Both the position numbers and the translations under genes were made by a program. The notes under the pieces were generated by a model. It saw nothing but the letters and a program-made list of their open reading frames with translations. It was not told where the DNA came from and made no database searches. Positions 25,701-38,355 of a stretch of DNA of 64,000 bases are shown in pieces (the stretch's first letter is position 1; each line of letters begins with the position of its first letter). The stretch comes from Camelus ferus (taxonomy: Eukaryota): contig NC_045697.1 of NCBI RefSeq assembly GCF_009834535.1, positions 42,224,001 to 42,288,000 of the forward strand. The letters run 5' to 3'.

Positions 25701-27279
25701 CTACCAGTGCTTGGGCCCAAAAGCATTTTGAATTAAATATGAGATAGAAATTTGTAAACAAGGACTACCTTTCAAAACTAGGGTGAGACTGTTTTGACAG
25801 TTAAGTGTAACCCAAAAATGATAGTGTTAGAATAAGACGCCACTGGGGATCCTACCACCTGGAGGAAAAGAGGGTTAGATAAAACAGAGTTCTTAGCTCC
25901 TTTGTGAAGAATAAAATCACTTTGTGTGAGTCTCTGAAACCAACCAGTGGCAATGATGAACTAATTCTTAAACACATATGCATTTATTTCTTCCTAAAAA
26001 ATGAATATTTTCATTCTTACTTTTATCCTCAAAGACAGTTTAATCAGAATGACCTAAATATGCACAAGGCTTTCAATGGTCACTGAAAGGCTGCGTGTTC
26101 TCATGAGGATTTTCAGTAGTCAATATTTACTAGTATTTAAATTTGGGGGAGGGGGAATAACACTTCATTATTATGATAAAATAGCCAACTCTCTAAAAAG
26201 TATTATTAAAATTAAAATTATATTCAAGCTTAATTTAGGGATTATGACAATTACATGTTCCTTAAAAATCACCTCCATGTTTTAGGTCTATATGTTGTTT
26301 TCAGTATTCTAAGTAGAAACACAAATATTTTTATACATGGCTGAGCAAGCCAGATTTAAAGTTTTCTTTCCAAAGGGCTCCTCCACAGTCATATGAGTTC
26401 ACATAAGATGCGTAGTTCCTAATTTTTAACAAGACAAGGCCTCAGCAACCACTCGGCAGAGAAATTCATTCCTTAAGCAAGTCTAGACTCTCTTCAATTC
26501 CCTATAACACTACCCCAGAAGGTAACCCCTAACAACCGCATTGCAACTCTCAGGATTTTACTCCCCCTGCTTCTCCCTGCTAGCCCCACCGTCAACGGCA
26601 GGTATTAGCACACAGACACAAAGGTTCTTCTGATTCAAGGGAATTTTTGAAATATTTCTAAAACTTTTAAGAAAGAACTAAGAATTTTTATATTATTTTA
26701 CCTCTTAGCTTACTTATTTGTAGATGTCCAAAGACAAAGGTATTTACTAATGTGAATGAAAGAAAACAGACATGAGGAGCTGAGGGATGCAATCAAAAGC
26801 TCTGGGGGTAAACACAAAACTGTAGTCTCTTTATTGGACCCAGAAATATAGTCCGCAAATTTCTCCCTTCTCATTCAGGGTTCCCAAATGAGAGTTTTCC
26901 TACACCTGTTCCCCTTCCAGCCCTGGGCAAATCTAAACATTCAGCTTCTCTATTTCAAATCCATGTTCTTAAGCACTAGTGAGACCATAATTCTACGATG
27001 ATAAATAAATGATGAATCAACCTTTGAAGCAGGTGTTGTTGCTTAGATGCTTTCTTCCAGTGGCAGCAAACAGATATTTCATTAACACATGCATTCCACC
27101 TTAGTCATTATTACAGTTATTTGATATCTCTACGTGGATTGCCCATGCACATTTCATCTTCATCTAGTCATCTTGGCTTTAAGAGTCAGTATAGTCCCCT
27201 CACCTCCAAGAAGTTTTGCTTGACTTCTTCAGCCATGTTAGGTTGTTTGCCTCTGGGTTCACATGCAGACTTTATCATA

Positions 27280-27570
27280 ACACTTCTCCTGTTTATCTAG
27301 AATTGATGATTTATATTTCTGACTTCCACAATAGAATGTAAAAACCCTCAAAGGCAATGATTTTGTGTTGCTAATACCTAGCACAGGGTACAGCACATAA
27401 GTATTCAATAAATATTATTTTAAAAAGAGATGTAAAGATGAAAACAAGGAAGGGAGGGAGGGAGGCAGGAAGAAAGGAAGGAAGGAAGGATGGAAGGAAG
27501 GATGGAAGAAAGGAAGGATGGAAGGAAGGATGGAAGAAAGGAAGGGACAGAGGGAGGAAGGGAAGGAGGA
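27280..27570 (+). repeat. L2 3' end followed by a (GGAA/GGAT)n purine tract
   Basis: cctagcacagggtacagcacataagtattcaataaat, then ggaaggaaggatggaagg repeats at ~27448-27570. Confidence 0.8.
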
Positions 27571-29007
27571 ATACATTATGAAGACATCTGAAAATTTTCT
27601 CAGAAGATAGATTGAGGCATATATTTTTAAAATTCCCAAACACCTCTTCTTCTCAATTTGCTACTAAACTTTGTATCTACACATGCTCTTCCTGTCACAT
27701 TGCTGTAGTACCAATTTCTCCTCTGCTATGCTCCAAAGAACCATTCCTAAAAGATGTGAATGTGTATGAAATATATAAAACCTAAAGCCTAGAAGCCTTG
27801 TGCTCTCTGTTTCTACATGCCTGCAATGATTCTTCATTTTCATTTAACTCTTTAGTGTGCCTCACCATGCCTTTCTGTACAAATCCATTACTGATTCCCT
27901 GGGACTGAGCCAGAGGTTAAATTTAGTGATGCTTCATTGCTATGTCTAAAATTAGGTCTCCTCATTGATCCTCAACCAGAATTGCCCCAAAAGCTTGAGT
28001 GACTTAACTCTTTTCTGTCCGTGAGGACATAACACTACTGAAGATATTTAGAAGTTGCTCTTGTGATCTGTTTACCTAGGGGTCTTAGTGTAGGATCGAC
28101 AGAGTGCCAACAACTGTCAGGGTCCAGCATGCCCCGTCTTTCTCTTTCACACTATCTTATGAACACAGTCAAACAGAACTCCTGCTAACTAGGTCATCAG
28201 CCCTTCCAATAAGCTAGGACATGGATGTTTTCGAGTTCAGACCCTTGCCTTGTGCCCTCATTCCATCAAGAATTCAGAAGAGGCTGAAGCTGACAAACAC
28301 TTCTATAAAGGTTTCCCTGGTGAAGAGATGCTTGAAGTTTTCATGTCATAAGGTAAAGGATAAAAACCTTCAAATGAGATGTAGCTGCAACTCTTCTTAG
28401 AGTGTATAGTTTATTGTTAGCTTATTTATATGAAAGAGATACAAATGAATTCATGTTGACTAAAACACAGTTGGCATGCATTCTGCACTTCCCTTTAGAA
28501 AAAAAACATTATTAATAGAAATAGTATAAGCTGTGACAATAGTTTGGTGATTGTTCAATTAATAGTTGTCTTGCTATAGAAAACTTAATGTTAATCATAA
28601 TTTAAACTTCTTTTTGTTGTGCTATTAATCATAACTCTATATTGCCTCCTACTTGAGCTTAAAATGATGGTGGACATTCAAGTGAACATGTCCTATAAAT
28701 AGTTGGAATGAAAAAGTAGAACATAGTGAATGGGCCATGACCAGAGAGATGGATTTAGAAGTCATTCATAGTGGTAATACGTGAGCAAAAGCATTGATTA
28801 TACAGAATAAGAGGACAGAGGCTTGGGAAGATTGCTGTTGATAAACAAAAAAAAATGAAAAGCCAGGAAAACCCAAATTCACCAAGAAGAAGACTCTTGA
28901 AGAATAAGGTTGCTCACTGTCATTGAGGTCAAAAAGTATCTGTCTTCTTTTCCATGTATCCTTAGTGCCTGGAACTAAATTTTCTGTAAATATTATATAG
29001 GTATATA

Positions 29008-29009
<2 letters not shown>

Positions 29010-29067
<58 letters not shown>
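29010..29067 (+). repeat. Perfect (TG)29 microsatellite
   Basis: Seen directly. Confidence 0.97.
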
Positions 29068-29071
<4 letters not shown>

Positions 29072-29149
29072 GTAAGTTCTCTGTAAATATATGATGACTG
29101 GATAAGTAACAGGATGTTAAATCAGATATTACCACTGAAGTACATTCCA

Positions 29150-29520
29150 AATTTAGGTGCTTAAGATAAAAATTAAGTTAGAAGTTATAATACTCAAACA
29201 CAATAGAAGTTTACTTCTCCCTTATTTAAAATCTAAAGTGTGTATTCCTGATCAGTTTTTCTCTTCTAATCGTTGGCTCAAGAACTCAAACTCTTTGTAT
29301 CTCGTGACTCTGCCATCTTTAACACCTGGATACCAAGATGTTTAACACCTCGCTGTGCTCATCTACACAAAGTTGCCAAAATAAGGAACTGGCAGATTTC
29401 ATTCCCTCTCATATTCTATTGGCAAGAACCAATTTCCTGGACCCACTTAGATACAAAAGTAGCTGGGAAATATAGCCCCTGGCTGGGCATTTCTCTCAGA
29501 CAACTACAGTATATGAGAAA
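29150..29520. mobile_element. Old MLT1 (K/L-type) LTR
   Basis: attctattggcaagaacc...agctgggaaatatagccc. Confidence 0.55.
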
Positions 29521-30129
29521 GTACAATATTTTGCAGGATGATTAATCACCTTTGAAATGAATTAGGAGATTTGTCTTGTTTGTTTGTACAATCATCCAGG
29601 TTAAACGAATTAGCTTGATTTAAAGTGTCATCAGAAGAGATATAAGAAGAGATTCTACAGATTCAAATGAAAACTTACATGATAACTACATTCTAGGACA
29701 AGAAAATGACATACAATCAAACAATTCCTTAGTCATATCCTGAGTGGAGTAAAAAATTCTGTATCTAAACCCTGATACTGCTAATAAAAGTGAGACATAG
29801 GTTCACCTCTTGAAGTAGAATTAGCAATTTCAGTTCATGGCAGTTATTAATCTGCTAAAAATGGTTATTCTCTTCAAACTGGGTGGGAATGTTTGCCCCG
29901 AGTGGAGTAGAGTGGGGTGAGGAAGAGGTAGTTGCAAGCCTATAATTAAAATGCTTTGTTGTTCAGGCAGAAAGACATGAGTGAAAGACAGAGTAATGTA
30001 GTGTAAGTGCCTGACATGAAGCTTTTGATTGCAGAGGCATTCAATCAAAAAAAATTCATATAAGTAAACATCTTGCCAGTCATATGATATAGCTACTAGC
30101 AAACCAACCAGATAAAGAATTAGGCTACT

Positions 30130-30565
30130 CATGCCCACATAGCTGCCCTTTTAGAAAACCCTGGGCAACACAGATAAGTGACTATTTAAGCAACCCTGCC
30201 TCCACTCTCCTGCACCCAACAGCCAATAGTGAATGACCCTGCAAAACCTTAGACACGCCACTCTTGGGACCTGATAAAGGCTCTCTACCTGTGACCTTAC
30301 TATATGTCATGTGTGTGTCATGTGCCCTCCAGGACCTGTGTATTAAATCTTGTTGCTCCGAGTTACCTGATGGTGTTTTGCTGAAGTGTGCCCTGGGATC
30401 ATAGTTATGAACACCATGGCTGGCCCAGCCACCACGCTGGCCCCGCCACCACGCTGGCCCCAGTGCGGTAATGTGTGTGGAGCTCACTGGGAGTAACGTA
30501 GCAGGGGCAGTGCCTCAGGTGTTTCTAGCTGGGAGCACTATCATCAATAGGCTGAGAGCAACACG
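30130..30565 (+). mobile_element. ERVL-type solo LTR remnant
   Basis: GC-richer block with ccaat, attaaa poly(A)-like signal and LTR41/52-like phrases; family uncertain. Confidence 0.45.
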
Positions 30566-31624
30566 AGTACTATAATGGAAAGAGCACTGAAATACTTAAA
30601 AATTTTTTCTAATTGTAAAGTTAACGTTACTCAACATGAACAAATAAAACTTGATTTTTTTCTCTGTTTGGATTAAATACAGCTATAACATCCATCAAAG
30701 ATTACTGATTAATCTAAAAAAAATCAACAATTATATTTTGATTTCTATTCCAAAACAAGGGGGAGAAAACCCCTAGAACCTAAGACCCTGTGTTCTAGGG
30801 GCCAATAAACTAAGGAAGACAACCTCTTCAACTAAATACCATAGAGAGAAAATGATATTTGGATTTTTAAAATCAAATGGAAAGCAGGGTACTTTAAGAG
30901 CAGAATTTTTTTTAGTTTTTATAATTTCATTAAAATTACGTAAAAATTTTTAAATAAAATTTAGAAATTCAGAAATTAAATTAAATTTAGAGTTAAACGC
31001 TCCTTTTCATCCTATGCCAAGTAACAAATTTTCACTTAAAAGAAAATTTGATGGAACAGAATATGTAGGAAGATGAAAGTAGTTTTTAATGAATAATATA
31101 ATGTTTACTTTGGAAAGAAAATTCTCCACTTGGAGTTCAAACCCCTGGGACGGTGATAATAATGACAATGGTGGTGGCAGAGATGATGATATACTAGGCT
31201 TGAAACTAGGCACTGAGTGATCGTTGCCTGGGTATGGAGGATAGCCTATGACAAACACAAAAACAAACAAGTAAGTAAAGAACTTTTACTTGGGACTTTG
31301 AAGTTCAGAATCATAGGCCTGTGCCAAATGGAAAACCATAGATTCTTCGGCTGTTAGTGGGCATATCCAGATCTGTCAGACTAGGGAATTAATAGTAACC
31401 ACCACACACAGGTTGATGTGTAATAGAGTAAGTGAATCAAAAGCAATATAAAGCTGACAGGATTCTCAGTAAACGCTATGCCATCAATACATGCTGACTG
31501 ATGAGCCAATGATGTGAGAGACCATATCTGAGCCTACCACTTAATCACTGTGAGGAGAGCAGTGTCAGCATCATGGCAGTGCCAGTCGTTCCTTTTTTCT
31601 CCCCTCTCTGATTTACAACTAATC

Positions 31625-34600
31625 AGACATCCACAGCCAGTGAGGGAAAGAAAGCACCGCTGCATAGCATACCAGGACACCTAGGAGATCCATTCATCTG
31701 TGCAAAAGTGGGTGGACTGGGCCATGGAGGAGGTGGCAGAGTGAGGGTGGTGAAGCGGCCGCAGAGGCTGTGAGAGCAGAGAAGGCAGCAGCAGTCTGAC
31801 AGCAAGCCAGCACCACCTTTCTGGCAGAGGAAGTGGAAGGTGAAGATGGTGAGTGAGGGTCTGCCTGGCCACATGTGCTACAGCTAAAGGAACCAGTTGC
31901 TCTCTCAAAAGAGAGGCTGGAGTGACTGGGGGAAGGGAAAGGAAAGGAAGTAGGCAACGAGAGCAGATAGAAAGTGTCTCCTATCTGTACAAGGGAGGCA
32001 ACAGCAGTGCCCACAACCCTCTGGGATCTCCTCACTTGAGGATTCCTCTGCCCAGCCATGGGCATATCCAAAGTCCTAAGTGCTAAGTGCACACCTCCCC
32101 ACACTCTCTCCCCCCACTCTGCTGCCACCCTTAATTTGGGTTTTTTAGGTTCAGCCTCACAACCTTAGTCAGTGCCTGTAAGAGAAACCAAAAACTTGTG
32201 CTCTAGTGCCACCTACTGGAAAACAAAAGGCCCCTAACTACCAACCTACTGAATTCCTAGTATCAAAGTAAACAAAGACTTGCCTAAATAAGAAAAGTGC
32301 TCACTACTTCAAATGCAGTGGCATTTGCATTTCATCAAACACCATGAGAAATGAGATTTCAAAACTCAACTATTAGTGGATAGATCGTGCAGACAGAAAA
32401 TCAAAAAGGAAACTTTGGAATTGAACCACATTTTAAAACAAATGAATTTAGTATACATTTACAGAACATTCCATCCAACAGAAGCAGAATACACATTCTT
32501 TTCAAGTAAATCTGGAATATTCACTAGGATAGATCATATGGCAGGCCACAAAACAAATATTAGCAAATTTCAGAAGTCTGAAATCATACCAACAATCTCT
32601 TCTGATCTCAATGGTATGAAACTAAAAATCGACAAGAGGAAATTAAGAAGATCTACAGACATATAGAAACTAAACAACACACTACTAAACAATCATTGTA
32701 TCAAAGAAGAAATCAAAAAGGAAATAAAAAATTATCTTGATAGAAATGAATATAAAAACACAACATATCAAATATTGTGGAATGCAGCAAAAACAGTTGA
32801 GAGGAAATAGCAGTAACTGCATATATTAAGAAATCAGACAAAATTGACAAAAATTAAGCTAGACTAAGGGAAAAAAAGAGAAGATTCAAATAAATACAAT
32901 TTAAAATGATAGAGGAGATGTTATAAGTGATACTCCAGAAATATAATCATAAGAAACTACTATGAACAATTATATGCCAACAAATTACATAACCTAGAAG
33001 AAATAGATAAATTCTTAGAAACATGCAATCTGCCAAGACAGAACCAAGAAGACACAGAAAATCTAAACAGACCAATAGTAAGTAAAGCGATTGAATCAAT
33101 AATCAAAAAACTCCCAACACAGAAAATTCTAGGACCAAATGGCTTCACTGGATAATTCTGCTAACCATTTAAAGAATTAACTGATCTTCCTCAGGCTCTT
33201 CCAAAATACTGAAGAGGAGGGAACATTTCCAAATTCATTCTATGAGGCCAGAACTACTTTGATACAAAGACTAGAAAAGAAAACTATATACCAATATCAC
33301 TGATGAATATAGATGCAAAAATTCTCAAGAAAATATTAGCAAACTGAATTCAAGAACACTTTAAAAGGATTATACACCATGACCAAGTGGGATTTATCCT
33401 TGAAATAAACTTCTGCTAATCAATAAATCTAATACATCACATCAATCAAATAAAAGATAAAATCACATGGTTATTCAATAGATGCAGAAAAAGCATATGA
33501 TAAAATACAACACCCCTTCATGATAAAGACCCTTAACAGACTGGGTATAGAAGGAACATACCCCAACATAATAAGAGCCATATAAGACAAACCAGAGCTA
33601 ACATTATATTCAATGGAGAGAAACTAAAAGTGTTTCTTGTAAGATCAGGAAAAGGCAAAGATGCCCACTCTCACAACATCAATTCAAATAATATAGTACA
33701 GGAAGTTGTAGCGAAAGCAATCAGGCAAGACAAAGAAATAAAAGGCATCCAAATTGGAAAGAAAGAAGTAAAACTGTAATGTGCTGGTGATATAATCCTA
33801 TATATAGAAAACCTAAAGAATCAAGTTTTAAAAATTTATAATTAATGATTTCAGTAAAGTGGTACATTACAAAATCAACAGACAAAATTCAATTGCATTC
33901 CTTAATATTAATGATGAAGCATCTGAAAAAGACATAAAGAAAACTGTGCCATTTATAATAGCATCAAAAACAATAAAGTACTCAGGAATAAATTTAACCA
34001 AGGAAATGAAATGTCTGTACAGTGAAAACTACAAGACTTTGCCAAAAGAAACTGAAGAAGATTTACATTTACAAAGTAAATATATCTGAGTTTATGGATC
34101 AGAAGAATTAACATTGTTAAACTGGCCATATCACCTAAAGTGATCTAGAGTTTCAATGTAATCCCCATCAAAATACCAGAGACATTCTTCACAGAAATAG
34201 AAGAAACAATCCTAAAATTTATGTGGAACCACAAGAAACTCTGAATAGCCAAAGGAATCCTGAGAAAAAAGAACAAAGCTGGAGGTGACACTTCCAAATT
34301 TCAAACTATACTATAAAGCCATAGTAATAAAAAACAGTTTGGTACTGACACAAAAATAGACACATTAACCAGAGGAATAAAAAAAAGGAACCCATAATTA
34401 AACCTTTCCATATATAGTTAACTAATATTTAACAAGAGAGCCAAGAGCATGCAATTAGGAAAAGACAGTGCTGGGAAAACTGGAGAAACACATGCAGAAC
34501 AATGACATTATACTCCTGTCTCACAGCACTCACAAAAATTAACTTGAAATGGATCAAAGACTTAAACATCAGTCCTGATACCATAAAACTTCAGAAGAAA

Positions 34601-34850
34601 ATGTCAGGAAGAAGCTCACTGATATTGGTCTTGGCAATAATTTGGGAGGTATGATGCCAAAAGCAGAAATAATAAAAGAAAAAAATCAACAAATGGGATT
34701 ACATCAAACTCAAAAGCTTCCACACAGCAAAAGAAGAAATTAACAAAATGAAAAGACAAGCCACAAACGGTGACACTTCGCAAATCATATATCAGATAAG
34801 GGGCTAATATCCAAAGTATAAAGAACTCAGTCAACTCAATAACAAAAAAT
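31625..34850 (+). mobile_element. LINE-1 with 5'UTR and decayed ORF2, ORF1 missing
   Basis: ORF track pieces MDRSCRQKIKKETLELN... (endonuclease-like) and YKINRQNSIAFL...GINLTKEMK; many stops and frameshifts. Confidence 0.93.
32204..32220 (-). promoter_or_regulatory. CTCF-consensus motif (TCCAGTAGGTGGCACTA) in the L1 5'UTR
   Basis: Matches CCASYAGRKGGCRS; motif only. Confidence 0.45.
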
Positions 34851-34854
34851 CAAG

Positions 34855-37020
34855 ATAAACAATGTGTTAAACAACCAATGGATTGTTGAAGAAATCAAAG
34901 AGGAAATCAAAAAAATATTTTGAGACAAATGAAAACAAAAAAACAATGATCCAAAACCTCTGGGACACAGCAAAGCATTTCTCAGAGGGAAGTTTATAGC
35001 CTATGTCAGAAAATGAGAAAAATCTCAAATAAACAACCTAACCTTACACCTAAAGCAACTAGAGAAAGAAGAACAAACAAAACCCAAAGTTTGTAGAAGA
35101 AAAGAAATCGTAAAGATTAGAGCAGAAACAAATAAAATAGAGACTAAAAAAATAAAAAAGATCAATGAAACTAAAGGCTGGTTCTTTAAAAAGATAAACA
35201 AAATTCTCAAACCTTTAGTCAGACTCATCAAGAAAAAAAGGGAGAGTGTCCAAATTAATAAAATCAGAAATGAAAAAGGAGAAGTTACAACCAACACAAC
35301 AGAAATACAGGGATCATAAGAGGCTACTATGAGCAACTATATGCCAACAAAAAGGACGATGTAGAAGAAATGGACAATTTCTTAGAAAGGTATAATGTGC
35401 CAAGACTGAACCAGGAATAGACAATATGAACAGACCAATTACTAGTACTGAAATTAAATCAGTAATTTAGAAACTCCCAACAAACAAAAGTCCAGGATCA
35501 GATGGGTTTACAGGTGAATTCTACCAAACATTTAGAGAAGAGTTAACACACATCCTTCTGAAACTATTCCAAAAATGGCAGAGGAAAGAACACTTTTAAA
35601 TTCATTCTATGAGGCCAGAATTACCCTGATACCAAAATCAGACAAAGATATCACACAAAAAAAGTAAAATTACAGATCAGTATCACTTATGAATTTAGAT
35701 GCAAAAATCTCAATAAAATACTAGCAAATCAACTCCAACAATGCATTAAAAGGATCATACACCATGGTCAAGTGGGATTTATCCCAGGGATGCAGGGATT
35801 TTTCAATAATCGCAAATCAATCAATGTGATACACCACATTAACAAATGGAAAACTAAAAACCATATGGTCATCTGAATAGATGTAGAAAAGGCTTTTGAT
35901 AAAATTCAACATCCATTTATGATCAAAACTCTCCAGAAAGTGGACATAGATGGAACATACCTCAACATAATAAAGGCCATGTATGACAAACACACAGCTA
36001 ACATCATACTTAATGGGAAAGCTGAAAGCATTTCCTCTAAGATCAGGAACAAGACAAGGATGCCCACTCTCGCCACTTTTATTCAACATAGCTTTGGAAG
36101 TTCTAGCCATAGCAATTAGAGAAGGAAAAGAAATAAAAAGAATTCAAATTAAAAACAAAAAAGTAAAACTGTCACTGTTTGCAGATGACATGATATTATA
36201 CACAGAAAACCCTAAAGAAGCAACTAGAAAACTACTAGAACACATCAGTGAATTTGGTAAAGTTGCAGGATATAAAATTAATATACAAAAATCAGTTGCA
36301 TTTCTATACACTAACAACAAAATAGCAGAAAAAGAAATTAAGGAAACAATACCATTTACCATCACACCAAAAAGAATAAAGTACCTAGGAATAAACCTAG
36401 GTTATTTATTCAAGGAGGTTAAAGACCTGTACTCTGAAAACTATAAGATGCTGATGAAAGAAATTGGAGATGACATAAACAAATGGAAAGATACACCATG
36501 TTCTTGGATTGGAAGAATCAATATTGTTAAAACGGCCATACTACCCAAGGCAATGTACAGATTCAGTGCAGTCCCTATCAAGTTACCAATGACATTTTTC
36601 ACAGAGTTGGAACAAAAAATGTTAAAATTTGTATGGAAACACAAAAGACCCCGAAAAGCCAAAACAATCTTGAAAAAGAAGAATGGAGCTGGGGGAATCA
36701 TGCTCCCTGACTTCATACTATACCTCAAAGCTACAGTAATCGACACAGTATGGTACTGGCACAAAAACAGACACACAGATCAATGGAACAGAATAGAAAG
36801 TCTAGAAATAAGCCCACCTACTTATGGTCAATTAATCTATGACAAAGAAGGCAAGCATACAATGGACAAAGGCAGTCTCTTCAATAAGTGGTGCTGGGAA
36901 AAGTGGATAGCCACTTGCAAGACTGAAATTAGAACATTCTCTAACACCACATACATACATAAACTCAAAATGGATTAAAGACTTAAATGTAAGACCAGAT
37001 ACTAAAAAACTCCTAGAAGA
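34855..37020 (+). mobile_element. Second, less decayed LINE-1 ORF2 fragment
   Basis: Restarts at the NN..NNQW..EEIKEEIKK region of ORF2 and ends at aaaactcctagaaga with no 3'UTR. Confidence 0.95.
35983..36978 (+). pseudogene. L1 ORF2p reverse-transcriptase fragment (331-aa open stretch)
   Basis: [31 protein letters not shown] and [16 protein letters not shown] motifs; frameshifted on both sides. Confidence 0.95.
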
Positions 37021-38159
37021 GCCTGACATATTTAAATAATACTTTAAACAGAAGCACACAGATTACTTCTGTCAATAACAAGATGTAAACTTTAGTAGAA
37101 AAGAGCAAGAAAGTAGCAGGAATTCAGCCTCTTTCCCAAGCCTAGCTGGATCCCAGCAGCCCAGGAATGTAAGAAAAGCAGAGTCCAGAGGAAAGAGAAA
37201 CTTTCACTAAAAACATTACATTTGTTTTTGCTCTGTGTAGCCATCTCATTTCCTTTAGGTTCTGTATCTTTGGCAGGGATTAGAGACACAGAAAGAGACA
37301 AGGAGATAAGAGAGATAAAGATAGTGATAAAGATGAGAAAGACAGAGACAGAGACAGAAGGTCTCTCCTTGCCAATCCATAACTTAATCTGAACATAACA
37401 CCTATTTAGCTATAAACTGATTTCTTGGCAAGCCACCAAATTCTGTGACTATTCTTCAAAACACACAGCAAACATGATTTTACCATTTAAGGATTGCCAT
37501 ACAGGTGTTCAGGATGCAGGTGGATTATTTCCAGCAGAAAATTCAATAATGTGGAATTACATCATCTAATTAATTATAATCTGCGCTCAACAAATTCATT
37601 TATTCCACATGTGCTTAAATCCCCCATTCCACTTTAGCCGGAGGGTTAGGAAGAAATAAAGCAAACACCAGAACAGCTGAGCTCAGGTTTCTGTCCTGCC
37701 AGTGTAATGACAAGAGCTGCATGGCTAAATTACCCCATATCTAAACCCCCATACATCACATGGTGCAGTTTGAACTGAAAATAGCCAACAAAATATAATA
37801 ACTATATTCACAAATGATAAGAAAAAATAATGTCCTTAACACAAAGTCTTTAATACATGCAATCATTTAAATTATTCTACTTATGAAAAAGCATACTGTA
37901 TTTGGGTTTTAAGGTAGAGTTTGTGAATATTATATTTATTTATATCTGTGGCAGTTAGAGTCTTGGTTTTGCAGTTTCTTTTAGAAGCATTTATTTTAAA
38001 TGACCCTTTCTGTATTTTTAACAAAATAGGAATCAGAAGGGTGTCATACAAAGAAATAATGGAATAGGAAGACTCTATGTGGAATAAAACCTTCCGTAAG
38101 AGGAACTTGCCGAGTCAAAGGAAATGAAAGGCCATGATGGACGGGAAGGAAATAGAGTT

Positions 38160-38355
38160 AAATTACATTGTTGAACTATTCACTAGGTACTGAACTCAAT
38201 GCATTCTCAGTTATTTCATTTAATCTCAAAAATACTAATATTTGGTTATTATCATCCACATTGTCACAGATGAGGAAATGGATTCAGAGACTCCAGCTCA
38301 CTCGTTCAAGTTCACACAGTTGGTAAATGGTACAGTGAGGTCTGGAATGCAAATT
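38160..38355 (-). mobile_element. MIR SINE
   Basis: cagatgaggaaatggattcagaga...aagttcacacagttggtaaatgg. Confidence 0.75.

Noticed and set aside
12360..27570. Repeat arrays as CRISPR-like structures
   Set aside because: Simple microsatellites without unique spacers, in a eukaryotic context.
35983..36978. 331-aa reverse-transcriptase ORF as a novel RT system or domesticated gene
   Set aside because: Ordinary L1 ORF2 sequence, frameshifted at both ends, inside a truncated element.
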